A stretch of 64,000 nt of DNA from assembly GCF_006345805.1 (NCBI RefSeq), contig NC_043010.1, forward strand, positions 47,554,001-47,618,000. Direction: 5' to 3'. Positions within the stretch are counted from its first letter, which is position 1. Each line of letters starts with the position of its first letter. This stretch comes from Octopus sinensis (taxonomy: Eukaryota). The position numbers and the translations under genes are program-made. Shown piece after piece: positions 51,282 through 63,870 of this stretch. The notes under the pieces were generated by a model that was given only the letters and a program-made list of their open reading frames with translations, did not search any database and was not told where the DNA came from.

Positions 51282-51719
51282 TGTGTGTGTGTGTTTTTTT
51301 TTTCTGTCTTCTTGCCTTGGTATCGTGTGATAGTCATAAACAAGTGTCACCATCGTGCAGGCAGTGTCCTCCATTTCCAATATTCTATGAAACTTGTCTG
51401 GTCATGAGGGAATATTACCTTATTTAGAAACAGGTGAGGGTTGGCAACGGGAAGAGCATCTAGCTGTAGAAAATTGACCTCAACAAATTCCATTATGGAA
51501 AAGTGAACATTAAATCAATGGTGATGATGATGATGATGATGATTATTGTAGTGTTGCCTGTTGATATCTCATGTCACCTTTGTTGTGTGTTGTTTTAACC
51601 AATCATAGACTATTAATCTGTGGAGACATGTTTTCTATGAAGGCATGTGAACAATCTACTTTGATCTTTCTCCATCCCTTGGTGCTCATTAACACTACGG
51701 AAATCCATCTCACCACTTA

Positions 51720-52125
51720 CTCTTTTACTTGTTTCAGTTATTTGACTGTGGCCATGCTGGAGCACCTCCTTTAGTCGAGCAAATCGACCCCAGGACTTAT
51801 TCTTTGTAAGCCTAATACTTATTCTATCGGTCTCTTTTGCTGAACCGTTAAGTTACGGGAACGTAAACACACAAACATCGGTTGTCAAGCGATATTGGGG
51901 GAACAAACACAAACACACAAACATATACACACACGTACACACATATATATATATGTACATATATACGATGGGCTTCTTTCAGTTTCTGTCTACCAAATCC
52001 ACTCACAAGGCTTTGGTCGGCCCAAGGCTATAGTAGAAGACACATGCCCAAGGTGCCACACAGTGGGACTGAACCCAGAACCATGTGGTTGGTAAGCAAG
52101 CTACTTACCACACAGCCACTCCTTG
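51720..52125 (-). mobile_element. tRNA-derived SINE family B with internal (TA/CA)n, full length
   Basis: Head GGCTGTGTGGTAAGTAGCTTGCTTACCAACCACATGGTTC.GGGTTCAGTCCC, tail ACTGAAACAAGTAAAAGA. Approximate other copies: 1955-2230+, 3175-3330+, 5325-5495+, 6335-6700-, 11750-11945+, 14290-14455+, 16520-17050+, 17490-17625-, 28180-28310+, 29055-29300+, 31910-32270-, 32465-33045-, 38160-38755-, 45880-46265+, 54010-54300-, 57040-57335+, 59125-59280+. Confidence 0.85.
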
Positions 52126-52758
52126 CATTCATTCCTCAGGTGTTATTTTGTTTACATTATATTTTCTCTTCATAACAGTTTACCTCTACTTTGTCCTGGC
52201 CTCAACAGTACTTCTGTACTTATATTTAACTTGCTTATGTACTTATATTCTCAACAGTACTCATATTTAACGTTACAATATAAGTTATCCTATTTGTTCA
52301 AAAACATGAGAAGTATTTATGTCCATTTTCCATAACATTTCTACTACATAAATTATCTTAATTGTTGATATACATTTTAATAATAGTGTTCATTAACCGT
52401 TACAAAGCAGTATCTAAACTATCCGTAACTAAATTGTTTATTCAAACTATATTCTGTAACAAGATGGTGTGGAAATGCTGCTGAATTATTTTACTTACAA
52501 GATCTGTTCACATCTTTTTTTTTTCTGTCTGAAAAGAAAATTAAATGCAATGAACATGTTATATCTGTGAACTGACTTTTAAGTCTCATATTTGTCTATT
52601 TATCTGCCTGCTTCCCATCACCCACCCACCCACACATGCATGTGCATACACACAGAGACATATTCCTATAAAAAATAGAGGCCAACTATCAAAAATAGCC
52701 CAGACTTAGGCCAATGGCTAATATAACTTGACTACCATTACTGTTGCTACCACTATTA

Positions 52759-52804
<46 letters not shown>

Positions 52805-52908
52805 GTGCATGTGTTTGTGTGTGTGCATGTATACATGCATATATATGTATATATATATATATACGTACACATATATATATGTATGTATAAATGCATCATG
52901 TATATATA

Positions 52909-52967
<59 letters not shown>

Positions 52968-53519
52968 TATATATATATAAGTTAATTAGAAGATATATAA
53001 ATCTCTTAAAGGGATGATTACATCCAAGATCACACTGGTTCTATCCCTTATATTTCTGGGAAACAAAATTCCCTAAATCAATAGGTGTATATTAAGCATA
53101 TAATTCATATTCAATTAAGAGAAAAAAATGGGGAGTTAATGGTTAATAATTAGTTTATTAATAAATTGATAATAATTCCTACAACTGTTTCAATTTGTAC
53201 TCAGACAATAAATTACAAATTTATGCGATAAATTTGCATTTACAAGTTGTGAGCAAAATATTGATCATTTGCCCTAGATACTTTATATCTGGCATGAAAA
53301 ATTGGCATTTTTACTCATTAAGTTTAAGTCTATACTCCTTTATTCTTTCAAAGAACTTTTTAACATGTTCCTCATGTTGGCCTTGAAACTTACATTTTAT
53401 GAGTATGTCATCCAAGTAAGCTATAACAAAATACACATTTGCAAGCATAGTCTCTATCACCTGTTGGAAAATACTAGGTGCCATCTTTATCCCAAAAGGA
53501 AGTCGGATTGAATTAATAT

Positions 53520-55560
53520 AGACCTTTATGGGTGTTTATCGTCAATAATTTTGAACATTCCTCCTTGACTTGTAACCGTAAATACGCCTCTGACAAGTCC
53601 AACATTGAAAAAATTTTCCCCCATTGAGTTTTGCAAAAATTTCCTCCAAACTTGGTAATCAGTAATTGTATGTCATCAAACATTCATTCAATCCTGTTGA
53701 AAAGTCAACGCATATTCATTTTTTTTTTTCTCTGTACATAAATAGTTGGTGATGCCCATTTTGAATAATCAATTTTTTCTATAACTCTAAGCTTTTCTAG
53801 TCTATCCAATTCCTTGTTGACTTGATTCAATGCCATGAAAGGTACAGCTCGCTTTGGTTTAAATACCAGTACAGCATTTTCTTTCACTTGAAATTTTGCT
53901 TTTGTCTTGGTGCACCTACCTAATTCTTCAGAAAAACATCACGAAAAATCCTTTTTAATTTCTCTTTTAAATTCTCCAACACCTTATTTGAACTGGCTTA
54001 AGAACCTTTTATATGTTTCAGTCATTTGACTGTGGCCATGTTGGAGCACCACTTTTAGTCGAACAAATCAACATTTAGTCAAACACACCAACATCGGTTG
54101 TCAAGTGATGGTGAGGGTGACAAATACAGACACACAAACATATATACATATACACACATATACAATGGGCTTCTTTCAGTTCCCATCTGCCAATTCCACT
54201 CACGAGGCTTTGGTCAGCCCGAGTCTATAGTAGAAGACACTTGCCCAAATTGCCACGCAGTGGGACTGAACCTGAAACCATACCACACAGCCACTCCTGC
54301 ACCTGAACTGTTTAAATTATTAGAAAAACTTTTTTATGGGGAGGTCAGTCCCATAAATTTAATAGTTCCATCCAGTCTGTGCCAGATAGGTTTGTCATAT
54401 TTTTTTAATACAAAAACTTTGTCTTTCAAAGTTTCTCCATGAAATGTCACCTCACTTACCACTTCACCCAAAAATCACAATTGTTTCCCTGAAATACCTC
54501 ACAATTTTCAAAGTTTTTTTCAACGTAGGTTTTCCTATTTTTCTCCATGTATTATCATTAATTATCATGATATCACTACCTGTGTCCAACTGTAGTCTCA
54601 TATTCACATTATTTATTTTTATGGAGACAAATTTTCTTTTTTGTGCCTCACTTTGCATTTGTGTTGACAATGCTTTTTCCTCGAATTATTTCGTTGGACC
54701 TTTTTGTTTCACCCAACAATATGAATTCTTATGTCCGATTTTTCCACATCCAAAACATTTTAGATTTTTAAAAGGACAGTTTCTTTTAAAATGTATTTCT
54801 CTACACCCATAGCATGCTTTGGGTCTTGACTGTTGTTTTTGTTATCTGTTACAGGTCAACTCATATGTATATTTGAATAATCTTTTTCAATTTTTTTCTG
54901 CATCCTGTCATAAATCTATAATCCTTTGGCATTCCTCAGCCACTGCCCGTTGAGTTAGTTTCAAATCTTGTTCTAGTTTTGTCAATATCCAAGCCTGTAT
55001 CTCTGCATCTTTGCTTGCAGTTAATCCTTGTACAAAGATTAGACATTTGAACATGTCCAGGGTTAATTCATTTAGTTTAGATTTTTCACATTCTCTGTTT
55101 ACGATTCCAGCATACGTGATGAAATCTTCAGTTTCTTTTTTTTTTTTTTTTTTTTTTCAAATTCAAGCACTCACAGTAAATAGTGAACTTTTTTACTGAA
55201 TATTTTAGATAACAAGTTAATTGTTTCCTCGAAACAAATTTCAAATGGCTTTCTCGGCAGGATGTAATTACAATACTTTTCATGTTCTGCGGGTGATAAT
55301 TCCTTAAATGAAACCGTACGTTCCATCCAGTTTCTACATTCTTCTTTGAAGATTCCTTCATACCTTCTGCAGTATGCAGAAAACATAGTCCCTTCTGGAT
55401 TATAAGTAAATTCTTCAATTGAATTAGCAACTCTGTCTTCCAAAAACGAACCTGAAATGTTTTTGGACTGCAACAATAATTCCAACAACTGTTGATTTTG
55501 CTGTTGTTGTAGTTGCTGTTTCTGTTGCTGTTGTTGTTGTTGTTGTTGTAGTTACTGTTG
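53520..55560 (-). mobile_element. Ty3/Gypsy LTR retrotransposon remnant (gag, protease, start of RT)
   Basis: gag-like ANSIEEFTYNPE..FSAYCRRYEGIF, protease LQLDTGSD, RT KELDRLEK..WASP..LPSLEEIFAKL..LDLSEAYL. Interrupted by a SINE at 54010-54300. No LTRs recognised. Confidence 0.85.
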
Positions 55561-55614
55561 CAACTGTACCACAGAAGCTAATAGGTCTTCTATGCTAAGA
55601 ATGTCCATAGTGAG

Positions 55615-55912
55615 GCATAGGAGCGGCTGTGTGGTAAGTAGCTTGCTTACCAACCACAGGGTTCCGGGTTCAGTCCCACTGCGTGACACCTTGGGCAAGT
55701 GTTTTCTACTATAGCCTCGGGCCGACCAAAGCCGTGTGAGTGGATTTGGTAGACGGAAACTGAAAGAAGCTCGTCGCATATATATGTGTGTGTGTTTGCG
55801 TGTCTGTCTTTGTCCCCCCCAACATCGCTTGACCGATGCTGGTGTGTCTACATCCTCGTAACTTAGCAGTTCAGCAAAAGAGACCGATAGAATAAGTACT
55901 AGGCTTACAAAG
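55615..55912 (+). mobile_element. SINE family B, lightly diverged copy
   Basis: Near-consensus head and body, 3'-truncated at ACAAAGAATAA. Confidence 0.85.
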
Positions 55913-56018
55913 AATAAAATTTCTTGTCAGTTGTTTACTGGTGGTGGTGGTGGTGGTGGTGGTGGCAGAGGCAGTGATGATAAAAATGATGATTTTTTTA
56001 AAATTTTATTTTTTTCAG

Positions 56019-56194
56019 TCATGTCGATTAAAACTACATCATCTTCTTGAAATTGACTTTGCTGCTGTTATAAAGACGCATGTGGCAAAAAGGAAACCTT
56101 TTACAGAAGCAGAAAAAAGACAGGTGAGAAAATGGGCATCTGAAGTCAAGGAGCACATGTCAGATATAGATGATGTTATGGAAGTCATCCACTG
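56019..56194 (+). CDS. Host gene exon (phase 0 to 2): SCRLKLHHLLEIDFAAVIKTH...HMSDIDDVMEVIH(W)
   Basis: ttttatttttttcag acceptor, TG|gtaagt donor, 176 nt. Phase 2 fits the 58735 exon. An internal alternative donor CAG|gtgaga lies at 56123. Confidence 0.82.
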
Positions 56195-57704
56195 GTAAGT
56201 TGTACCAATACCACTAGCATACCATCTCATCTATAGTAACATCATAACCATGCAGTTAAGTTTATGTTAACATATTAAATGCTGGGAGCAGTAAACAACT
56301 GATAAGAAATTTTAAAATTATTAAGGGATAAAAATAACAATATTATCTGTAATATTATTTTCAGTTTCCCAACAAATATGGAAGACCACTCTTGACATAT
56401 TCCAATATTATTCTGACCTCACCAGTAAAGCATAGATTTTAACGTACTTGCTGAAGTACTAAGGAAATATATAATATTTCACATTAATTGGCATAAGTAC
56501 ATAAAAATGTTTAGAGCTTAATTTTAAAATACCATTCTCATGAAAAACACTACTCGAATTAATGTTGACATACTTAATGTAGAGAGTATTAAAGAGTTTA
56601 CTAGAAATGATTAATATGCAATAAAGAAAAGGGAACAGTATGAATTGATAACTATAATTATTATTTTCATTTCTTGGGGAAATATGGGAGACAACACTGA
56701 ACATATTTTTATATCATTCTGACCTCATCAGTAAAACATAACCTTCATTTTATTTGCTAAAGTAGTTATGAACAAACCACTAAATAAATGTATAAGATTG
56801 CACATGATTTGGAATTGGAATGTAGAATTGTTAGATCCCACACCTCAAGCCAACTTTTTCTCTTCCAATCATTTCGGCATGTGGTGACCAACTAATTGAG
56901 ACATGTTTATTTCTCTCTAATTTTTCCTCTCCCCATCTATCCTCTCCATGGAAGAGCGTATGATTGAGACATTTTCCTGAATGTAAATTTAATCACCGTT
57001 TGTTTTTTTTCTTTACCTCGTCTTCATGTTTTTCTTCAGCAGTCTCTTCTGCTATGGTCTCAGACCAACTAAAGCCTTATGAGTAGATTTGATAGAAAGA
57101 AACAGAAAGAAGCCTGTTATATGTGTGGTGTGTGTGTGTGTTTGTCTTTGGGTTTGTGTTTGTCCCTCATCACCACTTGGAAACCAGTGTTGGCTTGTTT
57201 ACATCCCTGTAATTTTGCTGTTCGCCAAAAGAAACTAACAGAATTAGTACCAGATTTACAAAGATAAGTACCAGGGTCGATTAGTTAAGCTAAAACTCGT
57301 CAACACAATACTCTAGCATAGCCACAGTACAATGACTAAAATGCATCGTTACTTACTCAAGGTGTCATACAGTGGCACTTTGATAAAGTAATGTTGCATT
57401 TCATGTAATCAGTTCAAACCAGCATCTCATAAATATATTTATTCATTCAAAATATAACCACAGCCATTAACAATAACATTTTCCCTCCTCTCAGAAGTTA
57501 AAGAGAATGATAACCACATTCCATGAATATCCCAATCTTGTATAAGAAAAAAGAGAAATAAGGAAAGTGTTATACGTATAAAGTTTGTTGTAGGTCATAC
57601 ATATATGGGAAGAAAAATGAAGATATCAGTACTAAAAAATTCTATCAAAAGAAAAAAAATCCGTCTTAGGATTTTTCTTTCTTTCTTTCTTTCTTTCTTT
57701 TCTT

Positions 57705-58097
57705 TTCTTTTACTTGTTTCAGTCATTTGACTGCAGCCATGCTGGAGCACCACCTTTAGTCGAGCAAATCGACCCCAGGACTTATTCTTTGTAACCCTAG
57801 TACTTATTCTATCGGTTGCTTTTGCCAAACCACTAAGTTATGGAGACATAAACACACCAGCATCGGTTGTCAAACGATGTTGGGGAGACAAACACAGACA
57901 TACAAACACACACACACTCATACATATACATGTATACAACAGGCTTCTTTCAGTTTCTGTCTACCAAATCCACTGACTAGGCTTTGGTCAGCCCGAGGCT
58001 ATAATAGAAAACACTTGCCCAAGGTGCCACACAGTGGGACTGAACCCAAAACCATGTGGTTTGTAAGCAAGCTACTTACCACACAGCCACTCCTGCA
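57705..58097 (-). mobile_element. SINE family B, full length
   Basis: Reverse complement of the family B consensus. Confidence 0.85.
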
Positions 58098-58734
58098 CCT
58101 AATTTTCCTTACAAATTAATTATTAACATGTTAACCACCACATGTACTACCAATGGTTCATTGTAAACTTTACACAACCACCATATGCACCATCAGTGGT
58201 ATATTTTTTATAATTTGAGAAAATATCTTATTTTGTATCTTTGACATGGTTATGATAAGATTTAAATGAGTGCTAAATATTAACCCTTTAACATTCAGAT
58301 TACTCTGTCGAATATAATGCTTGTTTATTCACATTGTTTTGAATTAATCGTGCATTATCTCATAGCTTTGAGATTTCAATGCTGTGATTGTGTAATTTTT
58401 CTATGACATTGCAGAGTAAGCGTTAGAAGCTGGACATGGTCAGATTGAATGTAAAACAGGTAGATTGTTTTGGCCAGATATGTGCAGTTTAAATGCTGCT
58501 AAAGGGCTAGAGTTTAATTATGAAATATTGAAAAAATGCAAAAAACAATTACATTTCCTTGGAACTGAATAGTATGCAGTGTGACCGCATGAAATATGTG
58601 GTATCATCAGTAAGTTGTAGCAATAGCAATTAAGGTGTTAAATTTGTAACAAGAATTAGAAAAAAGGAAAAGTAAAGCACTACCTCTACTGATACATGAC
58701 AAAATCTTATATCTCTGTGTCTAATATTTTACAG

Positions 58735-59110
58735 GGTACTTCAACCATCATTGAATATGGGAAAAACTACAATAGGGCGTTTGAATCCCGAAGAACAAAA
58801 TGATGATAATACTGACCATTTGGAAAGACTGAGAAAAAAAGTCCATTATTGGAAATATCTAAAAAGATACAGAAGCAGTAAGCAGAGGACAGTTCAAAAA
58901 GATGGTATAACTGGTGATGATGGTAGTGGAAGCAATGGCCGTAGTGGTGATGGTCATGGTAGTAAAAGGAATCGATGGAGAAAAAAGAAGAGAAATTTTT
59001 TCAAGAAAATCAGATCTCGTCATCGGAGAGATGTCGCGAATGCTGACCAGAGCATGAGCATTTATGATACTTTTGACGAAATTGAGCTAAAACTCAGAGA
59101 GATTATCAAG
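58735..59110 (+). CDS. Host gene exon (phase 2 to 0): (W)VLQPSLNMG...DDGSGSNG...KKIRSRHRR-DVANADQ...LREIIK, with furin-type site
   Basis: aatattttacag acceptor, AAG|gttaga donor, 376 nt in the frame of ORF 58751. R-H-R-R at 59018-59029. Confidence 0.82.
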
Positions 59111-59714
59111 GTTAGAAATTTTATATAGGCATGGTTTGTATGGTTGAGAAGTTCACTTTGCAATAATGTCCTGAGTTCCACACCATTGCATTAGGCCTTG
59201 GACAGGTGTCTTCTAACAGAGTCTCATCTTGACTAATGCTTTGTGAGTGGAATCTAGTAGACAGAAACTTTGCAGAAGCTCCTCCACCCATCCTTGTGTG
59301 TGCATGTTTGTGTATATATATATGTATGTTTATATTGAACAGTGAGAATGAGTGCTCAACACCGCATTGGTGGATAAAATTTTTTTATTTGTAGGTTAAC
59401 GAAGTTACCATCATCATCATTATCATTGTCATTTAACATCCATTGTCCATGCTGGCATGGGTAGGACTGTTTGACTGGGCTGGCACACTGGAAGGCTGCA
59501 CCAGAGTCCAGTCTGATTTGGCATGGTTTTCTACACTCCAACCACTCCAAGAGTGTCATGGTTACCAATAGTTTCATATTGTTGGTCAGAATGTTAACAT
59601 TGATTTGGGCTGACATTTGCACCTGGCAATATTGATGATTCTTCAGATATGCTGGCTGGAAGGATATTTTTTTTTTCAAAGAAATGGACAACTAAGTTAC
59701 AATTTATTTATTTG

Positions 59715-59765
<51 letters not shown>

Positions 59766-59767
59766 CA

Positions 59768-60323
59768 TGAGGTTTGATCAAAAAGTATTGTAACTGGTGT
59801 TATAAAAAGAAAACTACAACACATATCAATTTGATATTTAATCTCTTTTGAAGTAGACCCTTTCTGAAGCCAAACACTTTATCCAGAATCGTTTCCACTG
59901 ATGGAAGCATTCCTGGAACTCCGTTTTTGGGATAACCAGCAGCTGCCTTGTTGTATTCTTCTGGATTTCCTTGATGTCTTGAAATCTTGTTCCTTTCAAG
60001 AGAGATTTCATTTTTGGAAAGCAGTAAGGGTCATAGCCATAGACCCACAATTCATCACCTGTTATGATTGTTTTCAGAAAAGCTTTTGTCAACCTTGACA
60101 CAGTCAAGGAGATCCTTTGCTGTTGAAACCTAACCTTCTTTGTGAGACAACCACACTTTACACCCTTTACTTCCAAGCACTGCTATAAACAATGGAAGTG
60201 AGTGTGAACATTATAATGTAGTGTGCATGTGCAATAGAGCTCAAGGTCAATCTCTACCAAAGGGCTTCACTATACATATTTAGCTCCATTACCATAGGCC
60301 TGATACATTTTGATCAGACCTCA
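59768..60323 (-). mobile_element. Internally deleted mariner element
   Basis: TIR TGAGGT(T/C)TGATCAAAA.GTAT at both ends. ITGDELWVYGYDP and FPKMKSLLKGTRFQD...CFHQWK. Confidence 0.85.
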
Positions 60324-60640
60324 CATATATAGTGTTTATAATTATTTCTAATCAAACATTTTCAGTGAGATAAAATGTGCTTAAAACAGAGATGTTTTTC
60401 ATTGTCTTCTTGTAAATCTTGTTGTAACATCAGTCATTAATTTTTAAGTTTCTCCATGCTAACACAGGTTAAACAGATATTATTGGGGCTTTGTTTTAAC
60501 AACAGGATGTCCTTCTTGTCTCTAACCCTTACCTGTTTTTTTTTTTGCTTTACTCAATACATGAGTACACTAATTGGTGCATACTCATTAACTCATTAGT
60601 CCAAAATATTATATATATATGTGTGTGTGTGTGTATGTGT

Positions 60641-60940
60641 GTTTGCTCCTTCTCGAGTTACGCCTGGCTCATAAAGGCCAGTTTCCCGGTTTCCTTGGTG
60701 TATAGGTTCCCCACCAGGACGGGACGACGGTCCGTCGCAGGTGAGCTGCAAGATGCAGGAGGAAAGAGTGAGAGAAAGTTGTGGCGAAAGAGTCAGCAGA
60801 AGTTCGCCATTACCTTCTGCTGGAGCCGCGTGGAGCTTAGGTGTTTTGATCATAAACACACACATCGCCCGGTCTGAGATTCGAACCTGCGATCCCTCGA
60901 CCATGAGTCCGCTGCTCTAACCACTAGGCCATGTGCCTCC
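60641..60940 (-). mobile_element. tRNA-derived SINE family C
   Basis: Head GGCCTAGTGGTTAGAGC...GGTTCGAATCTC. Inverted relative to 62622-62906. Confidence 0.85.
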
Positions 60941-60980
60941 ACACACACACATACACACACACCCTATGTATGTATGTATG

Positions 60981-61012
<32 letters not shown>

Positions 61013-61024
61013 CACACTCTATGT

Positions 61025-61290
61025 AAATTCCATGCTTCCTGAAATTAATCAACACCATTCTATATATACCAGTTCCTATACACCATTTCCCTCTTTATAG
61101 CTCTTTTACATTCACTATTCTCTCTTTTAGTGCTGTGTTCTATGTATTACACAGGCACTTTTGGCACCTATCATTGCTGTCTTTCTTTACTTGACTTATT
61201 GCTGCTTTCTGTTCCCTCTACTTTTTTAATGAATAGCTGTAGTGCACCTGAGCATTGTATACAATAAATTCATTATTATTGTTACTATTA
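61025..61290 (+). mobile_element. CR1-type LINE 3' UTR remnant
   Basis: Shares ATGCTTCCTGAAATT and GTGCACCTGAGCA.TGTATACAATAA(A/T)TTCATTATTA with the 50452-50757 tail. Confidence 0.55.
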
Positions 61291-61865
61291 TTTCATTAGT
61301 TAACTAAAGCCCTGCAGCAAATACCTCAAAAACATTTTCCAACATTCTAATGATTCTGCCAATCCTCAATAGTAATGCTGGTGACATTTTTATCATCATT
61401 GTCTGCTGGATTGTCTTCATAATCTTGATGACATCATCATTATAAATAAATCACAGCACAGTTAGCATTACCATTATTATCCTCATCCTTAAGGCAGCGA
61501 ATTGGCAGAAATGTTAGTACACCGGACAAAATACTTAGGAGCATTGCATCCATCTGTAAATTCTGAGATCAAATTCTACTGAAGTCGACTTGGCCTTTCA
61601 TCCTTTTGAGGTTGATAAAATAAGTACCAGTCTAGTGCTGGGGTCGATGTAATCAACTAGCCCCCCCTCCCCAGAATTTTAGGCCTTTTGCCTTTAGTAG
61701 AAAGGATTATTATTTTCATGTTCATAATCTGACTTATCCCAACCATCACTGCAACCACCACTACCATCACCATCATCATCATCATCATCATCATTGTGTT
61801 CATACCTCTTTGTAATTTATAATCATATTTGTTTACTTTCCCCTTAAAATCATTCTCTTCTATAG

Positions 61866-62085
61866 AAGCTTGATGAAGTATGGGCAAACATCTTGAGGTT
61901 TATCAATGCAAAGAAATACTGTCGAAATGGTGAAGACGCAATTGAAGGGTCTGGAGATGGTGAGACTATATGTGATTTGGATGGCAGCACCGATGACAGT
62001 GACGGCTTGATAACAAATAACAAAAATGTCGATGAAAATGGTTTTGAGTTTGTTGATGGCGATGAAATTATACCTCTTAACACGA
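61866..62085 (+). CDS. Host gene exon (phase 0 to 1): KLDEVWANILRFINAKKYCRNGEDAIEGSGDGETICDLDG...IIPLNT
   Basis: cattctcttctatag acceptor, ACGA|gtaagt donor, 220 nt in the frame of ORF 61893. Acidic Ser-Gly motif between two Cys. The gene continues beyond the window. Confidence 0.8.
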
Positions 62086-62237
62086 GTAAGTAAAAATTTA
62101 GGAATTGTGTTAGGCAAACTTTGTGACTGAGATGGACGGACAGGTGGGTAGGCAATCTTTATCCTGACCTAATATGACTGTTGTGTTAGAACACTGAATA
62201 CTGCCCTATTTACCTTGAGAGGACCTCTGGTATGGAC

Positions 62238-62395
62238 ACATCATCATCATCATCATCATCGTTTAACGTCCGCTTTCCATGCTAGCATGGGTTGGACGAT
62301 TTGACTGAGGGCTGGTGAATCAGATGGCTGTACCAGGCTCCAATCTTGATCTGGCAGAGTTTCTGCAGCTGGATGCCCTTCCTAATGCCACATGG
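62238..62395 (-). mobile_element. RTE-related 3' tail fragment ending in (GAT)n
   Basis: GGAAGGGCATCCAGCTG...CCATGCTAGCATGGAAAGCGGACGTTAAACGATGATG. Related pieces at 36000-36090-, 51300-51545+ and 59408-59545-. Confidence 0.55.
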
Positions 62396-62621
62396 TGCAT
62401 AAAAGCCTCATGTGTCCATATGATTTGTTTGTCATATGCTACTGGATGTCTGTCACTGAGGAGCCCAAAACAGGTTGAAATTTCAGCAGCTATGGCAGAT
62501 GGTTCTCATCTGACAATGATATAAATATGAGTACTTTTGTGCACCACGTATCTATATGAGAGGTCCTTTCAAGATAGATAATGCAGTATTTGTCACGCTA
62601 ACAAAGCATACATACATACTT

Positions 62622-62906
62622 GCATACATAGCCTAGTGGTTAGAGCAGTGGACTCGCGGTCGAAGGATCACGGGTTCGAATCTCAGACTGGGTGATGTGT
62701 GTGTTTATGAGCAAAATACCTAAGCTCTACACAGCTCCGGCAGTAATGGCTGATTCTTTCGCCACAACTTTCTCTCACTCTTTCCTCCTGCATCTTGCAG
62801 CTCACCTGCGACGGACCGACATCCCGTCCAGGTGGGGAACCTATGCGCCAAGGAAACCGAGAAACTGGTCCTTATGAGCCAGGCATGGCTCGAGAAGGAA
62901 CAAACA
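62622..62906 (+). mobile_element. tRNA-derived SINE family C
   Basis: Same head and body as 60641-60940, with roughly 85-90% identity by eye. Confidence 0.85.
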
Positions 62907-63384
62907 ATGCATGCATGCACACACACACACTAAATAAATAGCTGTTTGTGACGTCCTGTAGAAGCACGATAATATTAAATTATAATAGATTATATCTGCA
63001 TTTGTCGATCTGTCTGGCCAGTCAGCTGGCTGTTCCCCTTCCCTCCTTCTGCAGAGCATGACATATAACTATTTATTTACGATTCCATATGTTCTGTTAC
63101 TAACACAATACAACCACTATAGTCTCTTTGAAATAGACAATGTCTGTATTATCTTTATAGTACTTGTTGATGTATAAGTACGCTCCATAATTATTATTGC
63201 ATTGTTTACTTTCAGAAGAAATGGTGCTTATAGTATTGTACCATTGAAACTCATATAAAGGATGAAATAATTAAATTTATCACTGCTATTATTCTTTTGT
63301 GATCTAAAAGATTAAAAGAGTAATTTCTATACATATGTATATACAAATGGACATTCATACATTTATATATCCATTTATCTGTTT

Positions 63385-63441
63385 GTTCGTCTGTCTGTCT
63401 ATCTATCTGTCTATCTATCTATCTGTCTATCTATCTATCTG

Positions 63442-63530
<89 letters not shown>

Positions 63531-63559
63531 ATGTCTGTATGTCTGTCTGTCTATCTATT

Positions 63560-63649
<90 letters not shown>

Positions 63650-63653
63650 CCTA

Positions 63654-63684
<31 letters not shown>

Positions 63685-63803
63685 CTTTATTTCTTTGTCT
63701 GTCTATCTGTTTGTCTATCCATCTGTTTATTTATCTGTCTATCTATATCTGTATATCTACATGTTGTATGTATGTGTTTGTGCGTGCATGTGTGTGTGTG
63801 TGT

Positions 63804-63849
<46 letters not shown>

Positions 63850-63870
63850 TTGTGTGTGTGTGCGTGCACA
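63385..63870. repeat. (TCTA)n/(TCTG)n plus (TG)n microsatellite
   Basis: Read directly. Confidence 0.95.

Noticed and set aside
56365-56745. Minus-strand CTG(A/G)TGA...GAAA spacing in the duplicated segment
   Set aside because: No stem II closing pair, no stem III and no cleavage triplet, so not a hammerhead.
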